The notes under the pieces were generated by a model. It worked only from the letters and a program-made list of their open reading frames with translations, made no database searches and was not told the origin of the DNA. DNA of 63,717 nt, filler included, from Asterionella formosa (lineage: Eukaryota), in NCBI GenBank assembly GCA_002256025.1. It is 24 parts of 24 records of this genome, joined end to end, with 100 filler letters (N's around TTAATTAATTAA, not from the genome) between each part and the next. Parts side by side here need not be neighbours in the genome. Positions count along the whole stretch, not along the records: positions 62,588 to 63,717 come from NKIB01004144.1; 23 more parts are not named here. One strand, 5' to 3'. A program made the translations under genes and the position numbers. Of this stretch, positions 62,588 through 63,717 are shown piece after piece (position 1 is the first letter of the stretch; every line of letters begins with the position of its first letter).

Positions 62588-63717
62588 ATATGGGAATAGC
62601 AAGCACCACTTCAAGAGCGCTGATCTTTGGCTCCTCTCACTATAGCGGTTTCAACCTTCCGGAACTTTGGGTGAGCCAGGGGACAACACACCTCACTTAT
62701 TTGCTGGGCCATCTGAATGCAGAGGACAATGTCGGTGTTCTACTCCGAATCACGCTGGATACCCTTCAAATCCACCTTGGCTTTCCACTCCTTCCTCTCA
62801 CTTACCCCTACTCTTCTATTGCACAATATATTGAACCTTCTTGGCTTACCACCACTTGGGATCTTATGGATGAAACCTCTGCCCTCCTTACCCTCTCTGA
62901 TCCCTGGATCCTTCCCCTTGAGAGGCAGAATGATTGTCACCTCATGCCTAGATTAATTTCATTGGCAGCCACCCTTTCTATCACTGCCTCAGACATCATC
63001 AAATTCAATAGATGTCGTCTGTATCTGCAGGTGCTCACTCTGTCCGACATTGTCGACAGTACAGGCAACACCATTGATAAGGACTTTTGGAACGGATACA
63101 AAAACAATAGAGTCTCCAATCTCTCCTGGCCCAAACAAACCCGCCCTGGCCCCACCAGCTGGACAATTTGGAGACGCCTACTTTCACACCTCTTCACCAT
63201 CAAATCTCGCTCCCCTCACCTTCGCCCTCAAAGCTGTCTCCTCAAATGGCTTCCCACTGGACCCTCTCACCAACACTGGCCGACATATTTGCATCCATCA
63301 TCATCTACCTTCTATTGTCGCCTCCCCTCTGATCCTTCCCTCTTCTCCCCTTATCGTCGGAACAATCGGCTCCGCTTCACACCCACTCCAAATAACCTTA
63401 CCTCCACTCTTCCCTCTTCCGCCATTCCAATTTCGGTCTCTTCCTGGCTCCCCTTCCCGCAAACTCTATCCCACCATATTCGAATTCTCCCCTCCCTTCT
63501 CCCTGACTCACATCTCCCACCAACCTTCTCCACCTACCTTTCATCTCTCTCTTCTTACGACAATTATTATATCGGCCAGGGTACCTTCCCGCCCGATATT
63601 CTACCACTCCTCCAAGATATCAAAACCAATAATTTTGAAGTTGCCACTGATGGATCAGTCCGCTCTCCCCATGGCTCTTTCTCATGGCTTATTCATGGCC
63701 GCTCCAGTGGCACCCAA
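62588..63717 (+). mobile_element. Non-LTR retrotransposon (Ambal-like) post-RT region and start of RNase H
   Basis: Frame from 62590: RALIFGSSHYSGFNLP, SWLTTTW, ERQND, NRCRLYLQVLTLSDI, WPKQTRP...WRRLL, VATDGS; absent from the ORF track, apparently because it runs off the window. Confidence 0.8.

Overview
This is not one locus but about 24 concatenated contigs joined by artificial N44-TTAATTAATTAA-N44 spacers: two 18,253-bp contigs (4937-23189, 36849-55101) and many of ~1.13 kb. Almost all of it looks like a repeat-rich diatom nuclear genome. Recognisable host genes are a cyclin, C9orf85-like, PET100-like, an NTT nucleotide transporter, MAK16, gamma-CA, DUF2061, a J-domain protein, HECT E3 fragments, an LRR-type membrane protein and PGRL1-like fragments. 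They sit among many transposon relics (Copia, Gypsy, Ambal-like LINE, PIF/Harbinger, pogo, mariner, CryptonS, possible Kolobok, MITEs). One GC-rich contig is bacterial (feruloyl-CoA synthetase-like), most likely contamination. The most unusual signals are: (1) pervasive micro-insertions that turn TA into TA-CCGG-TA or TA-CCWGG-TA, shown by filled/empty comparison of paralogous repeats and piled up near gene 5' ends; (2) a tRNA-headed SINE-like family with a doubled B-box and a target-site duplication; (3) MITEs abutting each other across 3-bp TGA/TCA spacers; (4) a decapitated PGRL1-like fragment fused to a minisatellite. All family assignments come from motif recognition by eye, not database searches.
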